Assembly (NCBI GenBank): GCA_012515125.1
Contig: JAAYYY010000081.1
Location: 1-58,122 of the forward strand
DNA length: 58,122 nucleotides
Reading direction: 5' to 3'
DNA from: Chloroflexota bacterium
Lineage (GTDB): Bacteria; Chloroflexota; Anaerolineae; Promineifilales; Promineifilaceae
The notes beneath the pieces were generated by a model. That model ran no database searches. It was not told where the DNA came from and saw only the letters and a program-made list of their open reading frames with translations. Both the position numbers and the translations under genes were made by a program. Shown here in pieces: positions 7,891 to 16,665 of the stretch (position 1 is its first letter; each line of letters opens with the position of its first letter).

Positions 7891-8587
7891 TTACCTGTTC
7901 GGGTTCCTTAAGTGCTTCGTGCTAAAAGGCAGTCGAGCCCCAGTAAGTGCATCCATAACTCTGCCGGCTTCCGCCTTCGTCCAATACCCTCTCTTCGGCT
8001 TCTGGATGCCAAACTTCTTGCAGCGCTTCTCCACCGCCTGGTCCGACACGCCGAACAGCTTTGCGACCTCCGTCACCGGCATCCCCCAGACCAGCCCCTC
8101 CAGTTCATCCGCCGTTACGTTGAACCGGCGGCTAGCCTAGTCCGCGCACTTCGCCGAGCAGTATCTCCGGTGATCCTCGGGCGCCGGCGTCTCAAACGGC
8201 TTCCCGCAACGCTGGCACGTCGACGACACCGGCGCGGCCGGCCTGCCCGGGATACACGCTCGCAGCTCGGCGGGCGTGACCAGCGCTAGGTTCTCCGGCC
8301 GGACGCCGGTCCGTCGCCGTTCAGAAACAGACCTTCTCACCGGCAGCGAGCCGCCGGCCGAACTCGACGGACATCACATGCCGCTGGAGCGCGGCATAGC
8401 CGTCCCGTCGGGCGAGCGGATGGCTCGGGCAGGAGAAGTGCAGGTAGCCGCCGTGATTGTGCAGGTTGAGGGAGCTGAGGTCAAGGGCAAAGCGGCCGGC
8501 CGTCAGATGGGCATTCCCCTGGGGCCTTTCTGCTTCTCCATGTTCCGCAGCGCGGCTTCGGCAATCGTGCCCACGGCCCGGAACAGG
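7891..8587 (-). pseudogene. Decayed HNH-endonuclease-like gene: 5'-truncated by the IS, with frameshift(s) and an in-frame TAG
   Basis: One minus-strand frame is open from the IS junction (8587) and reads ...NHGGYLHFSCPSHPLARRDGYAALQRHVMSVEFGRRLAAGEKV. This matches the GY..P.HP.A..GYV.EHR.VM...GR.L...E.V module found upstream of HNH cores. Where HH.NG is expected, the frame breaks (stop at 8321-8323) and no HH is visible in any frame. A second frame continues RPENLALVTPAEL...CQRCGKPF...RRYCSAKCAD. An in-frame TAG at 8137-8139 is followed in the same frame by an HTH-like tail VTEVAKLFGVSDQAVEKRCKKFGI. Confidence 0.65.
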
Positions 8588-8611
8588 CTGTGCTGGCTAC
8601 TTCGCTTATCC
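8588..8611. repeat. IS terminal inverted repeat (left)
   Basis: CTGTGCTGGCTACTTCGCTTATCC, read directly. Pairs with 10025-10048. Confidence 0.8.
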
Positions 8612-8820
8612 AGAGCTGGAGTCACCGGAGTTTTCTAGCACACGCGCCTTCCTTTGCCAGGCTGGCAGCAGTTCTACTCGTTCGCATGCGGACAATGAAT
8701 GCTCTGATGAGGTAACCGATGTAACAACCAGGACGCCGGAATGGACCAACAGAGAAAGCGATCGCCGGCCATCCGCAACTACCTGGGAGCCTATCTCTCT
8801 TGTTTCCGATGCCCGGACAA

Positions 8821-9939
8821 TCAGTGCAGATTAGGGGCGCGAGAGTACGAGTGGTGAAGGCCACCGAGAATGGCCGTAGATGTAATCTTCGTGGCATCTC
8901 CGTCCGCCACCGGTTGAAAAGTGGGCTCGACCGGGTCTGGAATATGCTGCCGGAGCCCTTGATGCGGTCGAAGGTGATTATAGAAGCCGACGTACTCCTT
9001 CACCGTCCGCTGTAGCTGCTGTCGGTTCAGAATGAGCATGTGATCGACGCACTCTCGCTTCAAGCTTCCGATAAGGCGCTCACAGACAGCATTGGCACGT
9101 GGAGACTGAACAGGCGTCTTCAACTCTCTGATGCCCGCGCTCCTGGCGACGGCTGAAAACAGAAACCCGTACTTCTTGTCCCGGTCGCGAATCAGGTATC
9201 TCGGCCCCATGTCCCAAGGAGTCGCTTCCCTTAGCTGTTGCGCCGCCCAGTTGTCAGTAGGTGAGCGGGTCACAGCTGCGTGGCCAATGCGCCTCGTTTT
9301 CAGTTCGATGATGAGAAAGATGTAGAGCGGCCGAAATAGCAGGTCGTGGATGACAGTGAAATCGCACGCCCAGATGCCGGCAGTGTGATGCCTGAGGAAG
9401 GTGGCCCAGGTCTGACAAGAATTTCTGCCGCGCTTCGGCAGGTATCGCTGTACCGTCCGTTTGCTGATTTTGACGCCCAACTTCAGGAGTTCGCCGCGAA
9501 TGCGCTCTGCGCCCCACAAGCGATTCTCAGCCGCCATTTCTTTGATGAGGTCGATGGTTTCCTGGGGGATACGCGGCTCCGGCTTCCCTTTTCGCGATTT
9601 GCGTCGCCAGTACAAGCGGAATAGGTCCCGATGCCAGCGAAGAAGAGTGTCCGGCTGGACGATGTGCAGCGTGTTCTGCCAGTATCGGGTGAAATGAGCC
9701 AACAAGACGAGACGAATCCGGTCACCATTCGTTAGTTTCGGCCGTTTGACCTGCCGCCGGAGGACGATCAGTTGCTGACGAAGCATTGCGTTCTTGGCGA
9801 CCAGATCCGAACGACTGCGTGCCATGTCGGCTAGGATTCCGACCGCGAACGAGGCCGTCGTCGGTTTGGTCCAGTGTTTGAGGGTCTGATTCAGCCTGCT
9901 GCCAAGTAAGGCCCAGAGGATGACGATGTGAATAGCCAT
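8821..9939 (-). CDS. DDE transposase with integrase-core (rve) domain, IS3/IS481-superfamily-like
   Basis: 372 aa. HTH-like segment LWGAERIRGELLKLGVKISKRTVQRYL. Candidate DDE residues lie in WACDFT, IRDRDKKYG and ANAVCERLIGSLKRE. The C-terminal YNHLRPHQGL motif is typical of rve transposases. Confidence 0.85.
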   Translation of the reverse strand: MAIHIVILWALLGSRLNQTLKHWTKPTTASFAVGILADMARSRSDLVAKNAMLRQQLIVLRRQVKRPKLTNGDRIRLVLLAHFTRYWQNTLHIVQPDTLLRWHRDLFRLYWRRKSRKGKPEPRIPQETIDLIKEMAAENRLWGAERIRGELLKLGVKISKRTVQRYLPKRGRNSCQTWATFLRHHTAGIWACDFTVIHDLLFRPLYIFLIIELKTRRIGHAAVTRSPTDNWAAQQLREATPWDMGPRYLIRDRDKKYGFLFSAVARSAGIRELKTPVQSPRANAVCERLIGSLKRECVDHMLILNRQQLQRTVKEYVGFYNHLRPHQGLRQHIPDPVEPTFQPVADGDATKITSTAILGGLHHSYSRAPNLH

Positions 9940-10024
9940 GGCCGCATCGTATTACAGGATCGCGCAGCATGGCAGCCCAAATGGGTTGGCGTGGCACTTT
10001 GGAATCCTGGACGGAAATGACGTC

Positions 10025-10048
10025 GGATGAGTTAAGTAGCCAGCACAG
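10025..10048. repeat. IS terminal inverted repeat (right)
   Basis: The plus strand GGATGAGTTAAGTAGCCAGCACAG is the reverse complement of CTGTGCTGGCTACTTAACTCATCC. Confidence 0.8.
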
Positions 10049-10730
10049 GGAGGCCAGAGAGCCGCTTTATACGACCGACGTCCACGCATTTCTGGCCCAG
10101 GATATAACGCTTGTCGTGGAGGCTGCCTCGCAGGCTGTGTGCAGGGAGATTGCGCCGCAGGTGCTGGTGCTTGTCGCGGGAAAGGACCTCATGCCGATGA
10201 GTGTGGGGGCTTTTGCCGACGAGAGTTTTCTGCAACAGATGCGCGACCTGGCCCGCGAGCACGGGCGCTGCGTTTACCTGCCGTCGGGGGCGATTGGCGG
10301 GCTGGACGCACTCTCGGCCGGCGCTATCGACGAATTGGACGAGGTTGTCCTGACGACGACGAAGCCACCTCACGCGCTGGAGCGTGCGAGTATGGAGCAG
10401 GACGTGGATCTGACGACCATTACGGAGCCAACCTGTATTTACGATGGTCCCGCGATAGAGGCCGTGCGCCTTTTTCCCAAGAACGTCAACGTGGCTGCGG
10501 CGCTCAGTCTGGCGGGCGCCGGCGTAGAGCGAACACGGGTGCGAATCGTGGCCGATCCAGAGGCTACGGGGAATAGCCACCGCGTGGAGGCTCGCGGCCG
10601 TCTCGGGGCGTTCACGATCGAGCTACATCTGCACCCGTCGCCCGACAACCCGCGTACCAGTTATCTGGCTGTGCTGAGCGCCATCAGAACGTTGAAGAAT
10701 CTGAGCGAGCCGATACGGTTTGGCGGCTGA
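10049..10730 (+). pseudogene. nadX: L-aspartate dehydrogenase (NadX-like), 5'-truncated at the IS right end
   Basis: The C-terminal two thirds are present: LPSGAIGGLDALSAG, FPKNVNVAAALSLAG, DPEATGNSHRVEARG, DNPRTSYLAVLS. The N-terminal Rossmann GxGxxG segment is absent. The annotated ORF (9969-10730) takes its first 26 codons, including the ATG, from inside the IS. Confidence 0.75.
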
Positions 10731-10821
10731 CGCGAAGCAGTGGCCGGTCTACGCACGATCGGATATTGAGGATGGTCGCTCGCGGCGCCGATTTTAGCAG
10801 CGGGGTGTAAGAAGACTCGAC

Positions 10822-11268
10822 ATGGTAATCAGCTGGATTGTGGCTGCGCTCCATCTACTGGCATTAGGGATTGGCCTCGGCGCTATCTGGACGCGAAGTC
10901 GCGCCCTGAGAAGGCTGCCTGACGAAGACGCGCTGCGGCGGGCGCTGGTTGCCGATGCTTTCTGGGGCATCGCGGCCCTGCTGTGGATTTCGACGGGGCT
11001 GGCGCGGGCATTCGGCGGGCTGGAAAAGGGCAGCGCCTACTACCTGGGCAACAGCGCCTTCTGGCTGAAGATGGGCTTGCTCGGGCTGATCCTCCTGCTG
11101 GAAATCTGGCCGATGACGACGCTGATCCGCTGGCGCAGGCAGCGGTCTCGCGGCGAGGTCGATACCCGGCACGCCGGCACGTTCGCCGCCATCAGCGTGG
11201 TGCAGGCGGTGCTGGTCGTGGCGATGGTGTTCGTCGCGACGGCGATGGCCCGCGGGATTGGCGCATAG
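10822..11268 (+). CDS. Small integral membrane protein (about 4 TM helices; possibly DUF2214-like)
   Basis: 148 aa with four hydrophobic stretches. The family name is from memory only. Confidence 0.55.
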   Translation: MVISWIVAALHLLALGIGLGAIWTRSRALRRLPDEDALRRALVADAFWGIAALLWISTGLARAFGGLEKGSAYYLGNSAFWLKMGLLGLILLLEIWPMTTLIRWRRQRSRGEVDTRHAGTFAAISVVQAVLVVAMVFVATAMARGIGA

Positions 11269-11281
11269 GTCCGAAGCTCGG

Positions 11282-11968
11282 TCAGGGCGCCGGGTGCGGT
11301 CGCGTGTGCTCCAGGAACCAGGCATAGAGCGCCGGATCGGCATAGGTCGGCGTCCAGGAGTCGTGGCCGACGCCCGGATAAATCGTGAGCCGCGCCTGCC
11401 CGCCGCAGGCCTGGACCGCTTCGACCATCAACTGGCTCGCCCGCAGAGGAATGGCCTCGTCGGCCTCGCCGTGAAAGGCCCAGATCGGCAGATCCTTCAG
11501 GTCGCAGGCCAGCTCGGCCGGGGCCCAGCCGCAAATGGGGGCAACCGCGGCGAAGCGCCGGGGATAATGAGCGGCGAGCGTCCAGGCGCCTTCCCCACCC
11601 ATGCTGTTGCCCGTCAGGTAGACGCGACGGTCGTCTACATCGTAGTTGTGGATAATCTCCTCCAGCAGCGCATCGACGGCCTCCAGCCGGGGAGGCCACC
11701 GTTTGTCGTCGGGGCATTGGGGCGAGAGGGTGATGAACGGAAAATCGGGGCGCCGCTCCAGCAGGGCCGGCAGGCCCGTCCGTTTAACCGTGTCAATTTC
11801 TGAGCCGATTTCGCCCAGGCCGTGCAGATAGAGGATCAGGGGCCACTTCCTGTCCGGCTCCTGACCATAGCTTTCGGGCAGGAAGAGCAGGTAGTTGAGG
11901 GCGCCGGCTCCGGTTGAGACGCCCGCTCCCTGCGCGCCCGGCCTGATTTTGTCGTGGGAAAGGGTCAT
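11282..11968 (-). CDS. Alpha/beta-hydrolase esterase (phospholipase/carboxylesterase-like)
   Basis: 228 aa. Nucleophile elbow GNSMGG, HGEADE and GVGHDSW give a Ser-Asp-His triad in the canonical order. AGGAG Shine-Dalgarno upstream. Confidence 0.75.
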   Translation of the reverse strand: MTLSHDKIRPGAQGAGVSTGAGALNYLLFLPESYGQEPDRKWPLILYLHGLGEIGSEIDTVKRTGLPALLERRPDFPFITLSPQCPDDKRWPPRLEAVDALLEEIIHNYDVDDRRVYLTGNSMGGEGAWTLAAHYPRRFAAVAPICGWAPAELACDLKDLPIWAFHGEADEAIPLRASQLMVEAVQACGGQARLTIYPGVGHDSWTPTYADPALYAWFLEHTRPHPAP

Positions 11969-12040
11969 CTGTGGTCTCCTGTGTCGCGTGCCGCGCTTTC
12001 CGAGCTTCCGGTCGGGCAGACGCCGGGCTGGAAACCCGGC

Positions 12041-13747
12041 CTACGGAGCAGCGCCGGTTTCATCCAGCAGATAGACGCGCGCTTCATAGGGCCGGAGGAG
12101 CAGCCGGCCGGGGCTTTCGCCCGCCTCGGCCGGGTAGTTGGCGATGAGAAGACGGGCGTTGTCCAGGGAGGGGCCGGAGGGGGCGCTGAAGGCAGTCGTA
12201 TCCGCACTGAAGTTGAGGATGACGAGCAGGCGCTGCCTGTCGAGGGTGCGCGTGAAGGCGTAGATGCGCTCGTCGCCGTCGTCAATCAGCTCGTAGCTGC
12301 CATAGACGATAATCGGATGCGTTTTGCGCAGGCGGATCAGCCGCTGGTAATAGGCGAAGATGGAGTCGGGATCGCGGCGGGCCTCGGCCACGTTGATGGT
12401 AGTGTAGTTGGGGTTGACTTTGATCCACGGCGTGCCGGTGGTGAAGCCGGCATTGGGGCTGTCGTCCCACTGCATCGGGGTGCGCGCGTTGTCGCGGCTC
12501 CTGGCGTAGATCATCTCCATCACGCGCTCCGGCGCCATGCCCCGCTCTTCGACGTAGTCGCGGTACATGTTCAGCGTCTCGATGTCCCGGTAGTCGTCAA
12601 TGGAGGGAAAGCGCACGTTGGTCATGCCGATCTCTTCGCCCTGGTAGATGTAGGGCGTGCCCTGCAGCATGTGGACGAAGGTCGCCAGCATCTTGGCCGA
12701 TTCCACCCGGTAGCGCCCGTCATCGCCGAAGCGCGAGACGGCCCGCGGCGTGTCATGGTTGGACAGGTAAAGACTGTTCCATCCCATACCGGCAAGGTCG
12801 TTCTGCCAGCGGGTCATGACGCGCTTCAGATCGGCCAGCGGCGCCGGCCTGTAGAACCACTTAGAGGGGCTGCCCGGCTCCACGTCGAGGTCCATGTGCT
12901 CGAACTGGAAGACCATGTTGAGCGACCCTGTTTCCTCGTGGGTAAGCGTAGCGGCCTGGGCCGTCAGCACGTTAGGCGTCTCGCCGACGGTGATCAGGTC
13001 GTAGGCGGAGAGCACCTCGCGCTTCATCTCCTGCAGGAACTCTTCGAGGCGCGGGCCGTGGATGAAGTATTGGCCGCCGAACTCGTAGCGCTCGCCCGTC
13101 ACCGGCGGCGCGTCCGGCAGTCCGGGCACCTTGGAAAGCATGTTGATGACGTCCATGCGGAAGCCGTCGACACCCTTCTGCAGCCACCAGTGCATCATGT
13201 CGTAGATGGCAGCGCGCACGCGGGGGTTCTCCCAGTTCAAGTCAGGCTGCTTCTTCGAGAAGAGGTGCAGGTAATATTCGCCGGTGGCCTCGTCATATTC
13301 CCACGCCGGGCCGCTGAAGTAGGAGCGCCAGTTGTTGGGCTCACGGCCGTCTTTGCCGGGTCGCCAGATGTAGAAATCACGGTAAGGGTTGTCTTTGGAT
13401 TTGCGCGACTCCACAAACCAGGGGTGCTCGTCTGAGGTGTGGTTGACGACGAGGTCCATCATTAGCTTGATGCCGCGCCGGTGCAGCCCGTCGCGCAGCG
13501 CCTCCCAGTCGGCCATCGTCCCAAATTCGTCCATGATGGCCCGGTAGTCGCTGATATCGTAGCCGTTGTCGTCGTTGGGGGATTTGTAGACGGGGGAGAG
13601 CCAGACGACGTCGATACCCAGCTCCTGCAGGTAGTCGAGCTTCTGAATAATGCCCTGCAGGTCGCCGATGCCGTCGCCGTTGCTGTCGGCGAAGCTACGC
13701 GGATAAATCTGGTAGACGACGCTCTCTTTCCACCACGCTCGTTTCAT
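12041..13747 (-). CDS. GH13 oligo-1,6-glucosidase / alpha-glucosidase
   Basis: 568 aa. The N-terminus WWKESVVYQIYPRSFADSNGDGIGDLQGIIQKLDYLQELGIDVVWLSPVYKSPNDDNGYDISDY is the classic GH13 subfamily-31-type signature. Also present: GFRMDVINM, GETP and NHD. Confidence 0.9.
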   Translation of the reverse strand: MKRAWWKESVVYQIYPRSFADSNGDGIGDLQGIIQKLDYLQELGIDVVWLSPVYKSPNDDNGYDISDYRAIMDEFGTMADWEALRDGLHRRGIKLMMDLVVNHTSDEHPWFVESRKSKDNPYRDFYIWRPGKDGREPNNWRSYFSGPAWEYDEATGEYYLHLFSKKQPDLNWENPRVRAAIYDMMHWWLQKGVDGFRMDVINMLSKVPGLPDAPPVTGERYEFGGQYFIHGPRLEEFLQEMKREVLSAYDLITVGETPNVLTAQAATLTHEETGSLNMVFQFEHMDLDVEPGSPSKWFYRPAPLADLKRVMTRWQNDLAGMGWNSLYLSNHDTPRAVSRFGDDGRYRVESAKMLATFVHMLQGTPYIYQGEEIGMTNVRFPSIDDYRDIETLNMYRDYVEERGMAPERVMEMIYARSRDNARTPMQWDDSPNAGFTTGTPWIKVNPNYTTINVAEARRDPDSIFAYYQRLIRLRKTHPIIVYGSYELIDDGDERIYAFTRTLDRQRLLVILNFSADTTAFSAPSGPSLDNARLLIANYPAEAGESPGRLLLRPYEARVYLLDETGAAP

Positions 13748-13901
13748 GTTCAGAGCACTCCTTTTTGGGCGTAATTGAGGTCTGTAGCAACCGGTCTGGC
13801 CTCCTAGTAGGCCTCATGTGGAACCGATTCTCAGGGCTGCAACTATATCACGGGGCCGGGCTGGAAGCCCGCCCTCCACGGGCAGCCGTTTAATTTGATC
13901 C

Positions 13902-13930
13902 TTGACAAATGTGTACAGAAAGCTTATCTT
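13902..13930 (+). promoter_or_regulatory. Sigma70-like promoter candidate for the GH94 operon
   Basis: TTGACA (13902-13907), a 17-nt spacer, then TATCTT (13925-13930), in the 426-nt divergent intergenic region. Confidence 0.4.
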
Positions 13931-14004
13931 TTTCTTAGGTATTTTGCTATTTTCAGGGTCAGAAACCGGCAACTCTCCGAGTTTCCGTTTTTTTAGGCCA
14001 GGAG

Positions 14005-14018
14005 GTGAAACGTTTCAC
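14005..14018. promoter_or_regulatory. LacI-family-type palindromic operator candidate
   Basis: Perfect 14-bp palindrome GTGAAACGTTTCAC. It matches the generic LacI/GalR operator pattern TGxAAxCGxTTxCA. It lies between the promoter candidate and the GH94 start (14174). A LacI-family gene sits at 31122. Confidence 0.5.
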
Positions 14019-14173
14019 TTGCGGCCCGACCAAGCGAACACCTCTCTAAATCAACCAATTACCAGACAGCGCGCAGAGCAGCGCGGCCTGACGGCGGTGC
14101 GCCCACCCTTGCGAGGGTGCAGGGTTGTCCGGACCGCAGCGATTGAGCAGCCTCCCATTGTCTGGAGCGAGCG

Positions 14174-16555
14174 ATGGACCGGAAATTCGCCAGCGCCTAC
14201 GGCTATTTCTCCGACAACGGACGCGAGTACGTTGTCACGACCCCCTGCACGCCCCGCCCCTGGGGCAACATCATCAGCAACGGCGACTATGGCCTGATGG
14301 TCTCGCAGAACGGCTCCGGCTATAGCTGGCGCGGCAACGCGGGGCAGAACCGGATCACCCGTTCCTTTCAGGACCTGATCAAAGATAACTGGGGCAAATA
14401 CTTCTACATCCGCGACCGCCAAAGGAACGTTTTCTGGTCGGCTACCTACAAGCCGGTCATGCACCCCTTCCAATCGTTTTCCGCCGTCCACGGCATCGGT
14501 TATTCCGTCTTCAGCCAGGAAATCGAGGGGATAACGAGCCGGCTGACCGTCTTTGTTACGCCCGAAGACCCGGTGGAAGTCTACCGGCTGGAGCTAAAAA
14601 ACGGCGGCGAAGAAGCCCGCATGCTGGACGTCACCAGTTACGCCGAATGGGGGCTGGGCTTCGCGCCCGACGAGCACCGGGAGTTCCACAAGCTGTTCGT
14701 CGAGACCCGGGCCGACGTGGAGCGGGGCGCCGTCTACGCCCGCAAATGTCTGTGGGGCTTCCCGGACGAAGAAGGGCGGCACAACAACGTGGACTGGCCT
14801 TACACGGCGTTCATGGCGACGAGCGAGCCGCTGCGCTCCTTCGACTGTGACAAAGAGAGCTTCTTCGGCCTCTACAACAACGACGACCGACCGCAGGCGA
14901 TGCGCGACGAGCGGCTGGCAGGGCGTTGCGGGCGCTTCGGCGACCCCATTGCCGCGCTGCAGGTCGCGGTTGAGCTGGCGCCGGGAGAGTCCCGGACCAT
15001 CGTCTTTACGCTGGGCGCCGCCGAGGACGGTAAGGAAGACGCGGCTGAGCTGGCCAGTCGCTACACCGGCGTGGAGCAGAGCGCCGCCGCGCTGGAGGAC
15101 GTACACGCCTTCTGGTCGCGCTTCATTGACACGGAAAAGGTGGAGACGCCCGACGAAGCGCTCAATTTTATGACCAACGTCTGGCTCAAATACCAGTCGA
15201 TATCCTGCCGGCTGTGGGGCAAATCGGCGTTCTACCAGGTCTCGGCCGGCTATGGCTACCGCGACCAACTCCAGGACAGTCAGATATTCCTGGTCAGCGA
15301 GCCGGAGTACGCCCGGAAACAGCTTCTGATGCACGCCGCGCAGCAGTTCGTCGAAGGCGACGTGCTCCACTGGTGGTTCACGATTCGCGGCGGCGGGCCG
15401 CGCACCAACTGCTCCGACGATCTGCTCTGGCTGCCGTTTATTCTCGACGCCTACCTCAAAGAGACGGCTGATTATGGCGTTCTCGACGAGCGGATTCCCT
15501 ACCTGAACGGGCCGGAGGAGCCGCTGTACAACCACTGCAAACGGGCCATCGAGCGTTCTTTCTCCCGCTTTTCGCCGCGCGGCGTTCCGCTGATGGGCGA
15601 TCACGACTGGAACGACGGGCTGAGCGCGGTGGGCACCCTGTTGAAGGGAGAGAGCTTCTGGGTCGGTGAGTTTTTGTACATGATCCTCGGCAGCTTCATC
15701 CCCCTGGCGCGGCGGCGAGGCGACGAGGCGTTTGCCCGGCGCTGTGAGGTCGTCCGCGAGAGCCTGCGGGAAGCGGTGAACCGCTACGGATGGGACGGCG
15801 ACTGGTATCTGCAGGCGACGACCGACGCAGGGCTTCTGCTCGGCTCGGCGGAAAACGAAGAAGGGAAGATTTTCCTGATGCCCAACATCTGGGCCGTGAT
15901 CAGCGGCATCACCGACGAGGAGCGGGCGCAGACGGCGATGGCCTCTGTGACGCGCCATTTGCTAAAAGATTACGGCACGCTGTTGAACTATCCGGCGTTC
16001 ACCAGGCCCCGGCCCGATATTGGCTACGTTACCCGCTACGCGCCGGGGCTGCGCGAAAACGGCGGCGTCTACACCCACGCCGCCACTTGGTCGGTCTGGG
16101 CCTACACCCTCGTGGGGCAGCCGGAGCTGGCCTACGAAGCCTACCGGCGGATCTGCCCGCCCAACCGCAGCGCGGATATTGAGAGGTACTGGGCCGAGCC
16201 GTACGTGACGCCGGGCAACATCGACGGGCCGCTTTCGGAATATTACGGGCGGGCCGGCTGGACATGGTACACCGGGTCGTCGCAGTGGCTGCACCGCGTC
16301 GCCACCCATTGGATTCTGGGCATCAGGCCGCAGGAGGACGGGCTGCTGGTCGATCCGTCGATCCCAGCGGAGTGGCCCGGCTACCGGATCACCCGGCGGT
16401 TCCGCAACGCCGTCTACGAGATCGACGTGCGGAATCCGGACGGGGTCAGCCGGGGCGTGCGCTCGGCGACGGTAGACGGCCAGCCGCTGGACGGCAATCT
16501 GCTCCCGGCGTTTGGCGATGGCAAGACACATCAGGTGGAGATCATTATGGGTTGA
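14174..16555 (+). CDS. GH94 glycoside phosphorylase (cellobiose/chitobiose-phosphorylase-like size and N-terminus)
   Basis: 793 aa. N-terminus YGYFSDNGREYVVTTPCTPRPWGNIISNGDYGLMVSQNGSGYSW, and RTNCSDDLLWLP around the expected catalytic Asp. Confidence 0.85.
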   Translation: MDRKFASAYGYFSDNGREYVVTTPCTPRPWGNIISNGDYGLMVSQNGSGYSWRGNAGQNRITRSFQDLIKDNWGKYFYIRDRQRNVFWSATYKPVMHPFQSFSAVHGIGYSVFSQEIEGITSRLTVFVTPEDPVEVYRLELKNGGEEARMLDVTSYAEWGLGFAPDEHREFHKLFVETRADVERGAVYARKCLWGFPDEEGRHNNVDWPYTAFMATSEPLRSFDCDKESFFGLYNNDDRPQAMRDERLAGRCGRFGDPIAALQVAVELAPGESRTIVFTLGAAEDGKEDAAELASRYTGVEQSAAALEDVHAFWSRFIDTEKVETPDEALNFMTNVWLKYQSISCRLWGKSAFYQVSAGYGYRDQLQDSQIFLVSEPEYARKQLLMHAAQQFVEGDVLHWWFTIRGGGPRTNCSDDLLWLPFILDAYLKETADYGVLDERIPYLNGPEEPLYNHCKRAIERSFSRFSPRGVPLMGDHDWNDGLSAVGTLLKGESFWVGEFLYMILGSFIPLARRRGDEAFARRCEVVRESLREAVNRYGWDGDWYLQATTDAGLLLGSAENEEGKIFLMPNIWAVISGITDEERAQTAMASVTRHLLKDYGTLLNYPAFTRPRPDIGYVTRYAPGLRENGGVYTHAATWSVWAYTLVGQPELAYEAYRRICPPNRSADIERYWAEPYVTPGNIDGPLSEYYGRAGWTWYTGSSQWLHRVATHWILGIRPQEDGLLVDPSIPAEWPGYRITRRFRNAVYEIDVRNPDGVSRGVRSATVDGQPLDGNLLPAFGDGKTHQVEIIMG

Positions 16556-16665
16556 ACGTGACAGGAGATGACTGAAGGGCCGACCGGCCGGTATAGGGGT
16601 GGCGGCAGTCCCACAAGGAGCCGCCCGAGATGGTGTATCGGCAAAAGCATAAGGAGTTTAGAAGG

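Larger units (their letters stand above)
8588..10048 (-). mobile_element. Insertion sequence (1,461 bp) with a single rve/DDE transposase gene and 24-bp imperfect terminal inverted repeats
   Basis: The left end CTGTGCTGGCTACTTCGCTTATCC (8588-8611) matches the reverse complement of the right end, CTGTGCTGGCTACTTAACTCATCC (10048-10025). The outer 15 nt are identical and 21 of 24 positions match overall. The repeats enclose one 372-aa integrase-core ORF. No obvious target-site duplication: the flanks are ...GAACAGG and GGAGGCC.... Confidence 0.8.

Noticed and set aside
8276-8897. ORFs 8276-8638(+) and 8457-8834(+), and ORF 8622-8897(-), in the gap between the HNH remnant and the transposase gene.
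   Set aside because: They carry no motifs. The plus-strand ORFs are antisense to the HNH remnant. All three cross the IS left end at 8587/8588 or lie in the IS non-coding end. They are most simply explained as chance ORFs.
8803-10017. A weaker inverted repeat, TTTCCGATGCCCGGA (8803-8817) versus TCCTGGACGGAAA (10005-10017), which I first took for the IS ends.
   Set aside because: It is superseded by the much stronger 24-bp repeats at 8588-8611 and 10025-10048. The weaker pair lies asymmetrically inside the element and is imperfect.
13902-14297. A 131-aa ORF that fills the GH13/GH94 intergenic region and runs into the GH94 gene.
   Set aside because: It starts at the TTG of the TTGACA promoter box, has low-complexity translation, and overlaps the GH94 start. 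The region is better explained as a promoter, operator and 5' UTR.
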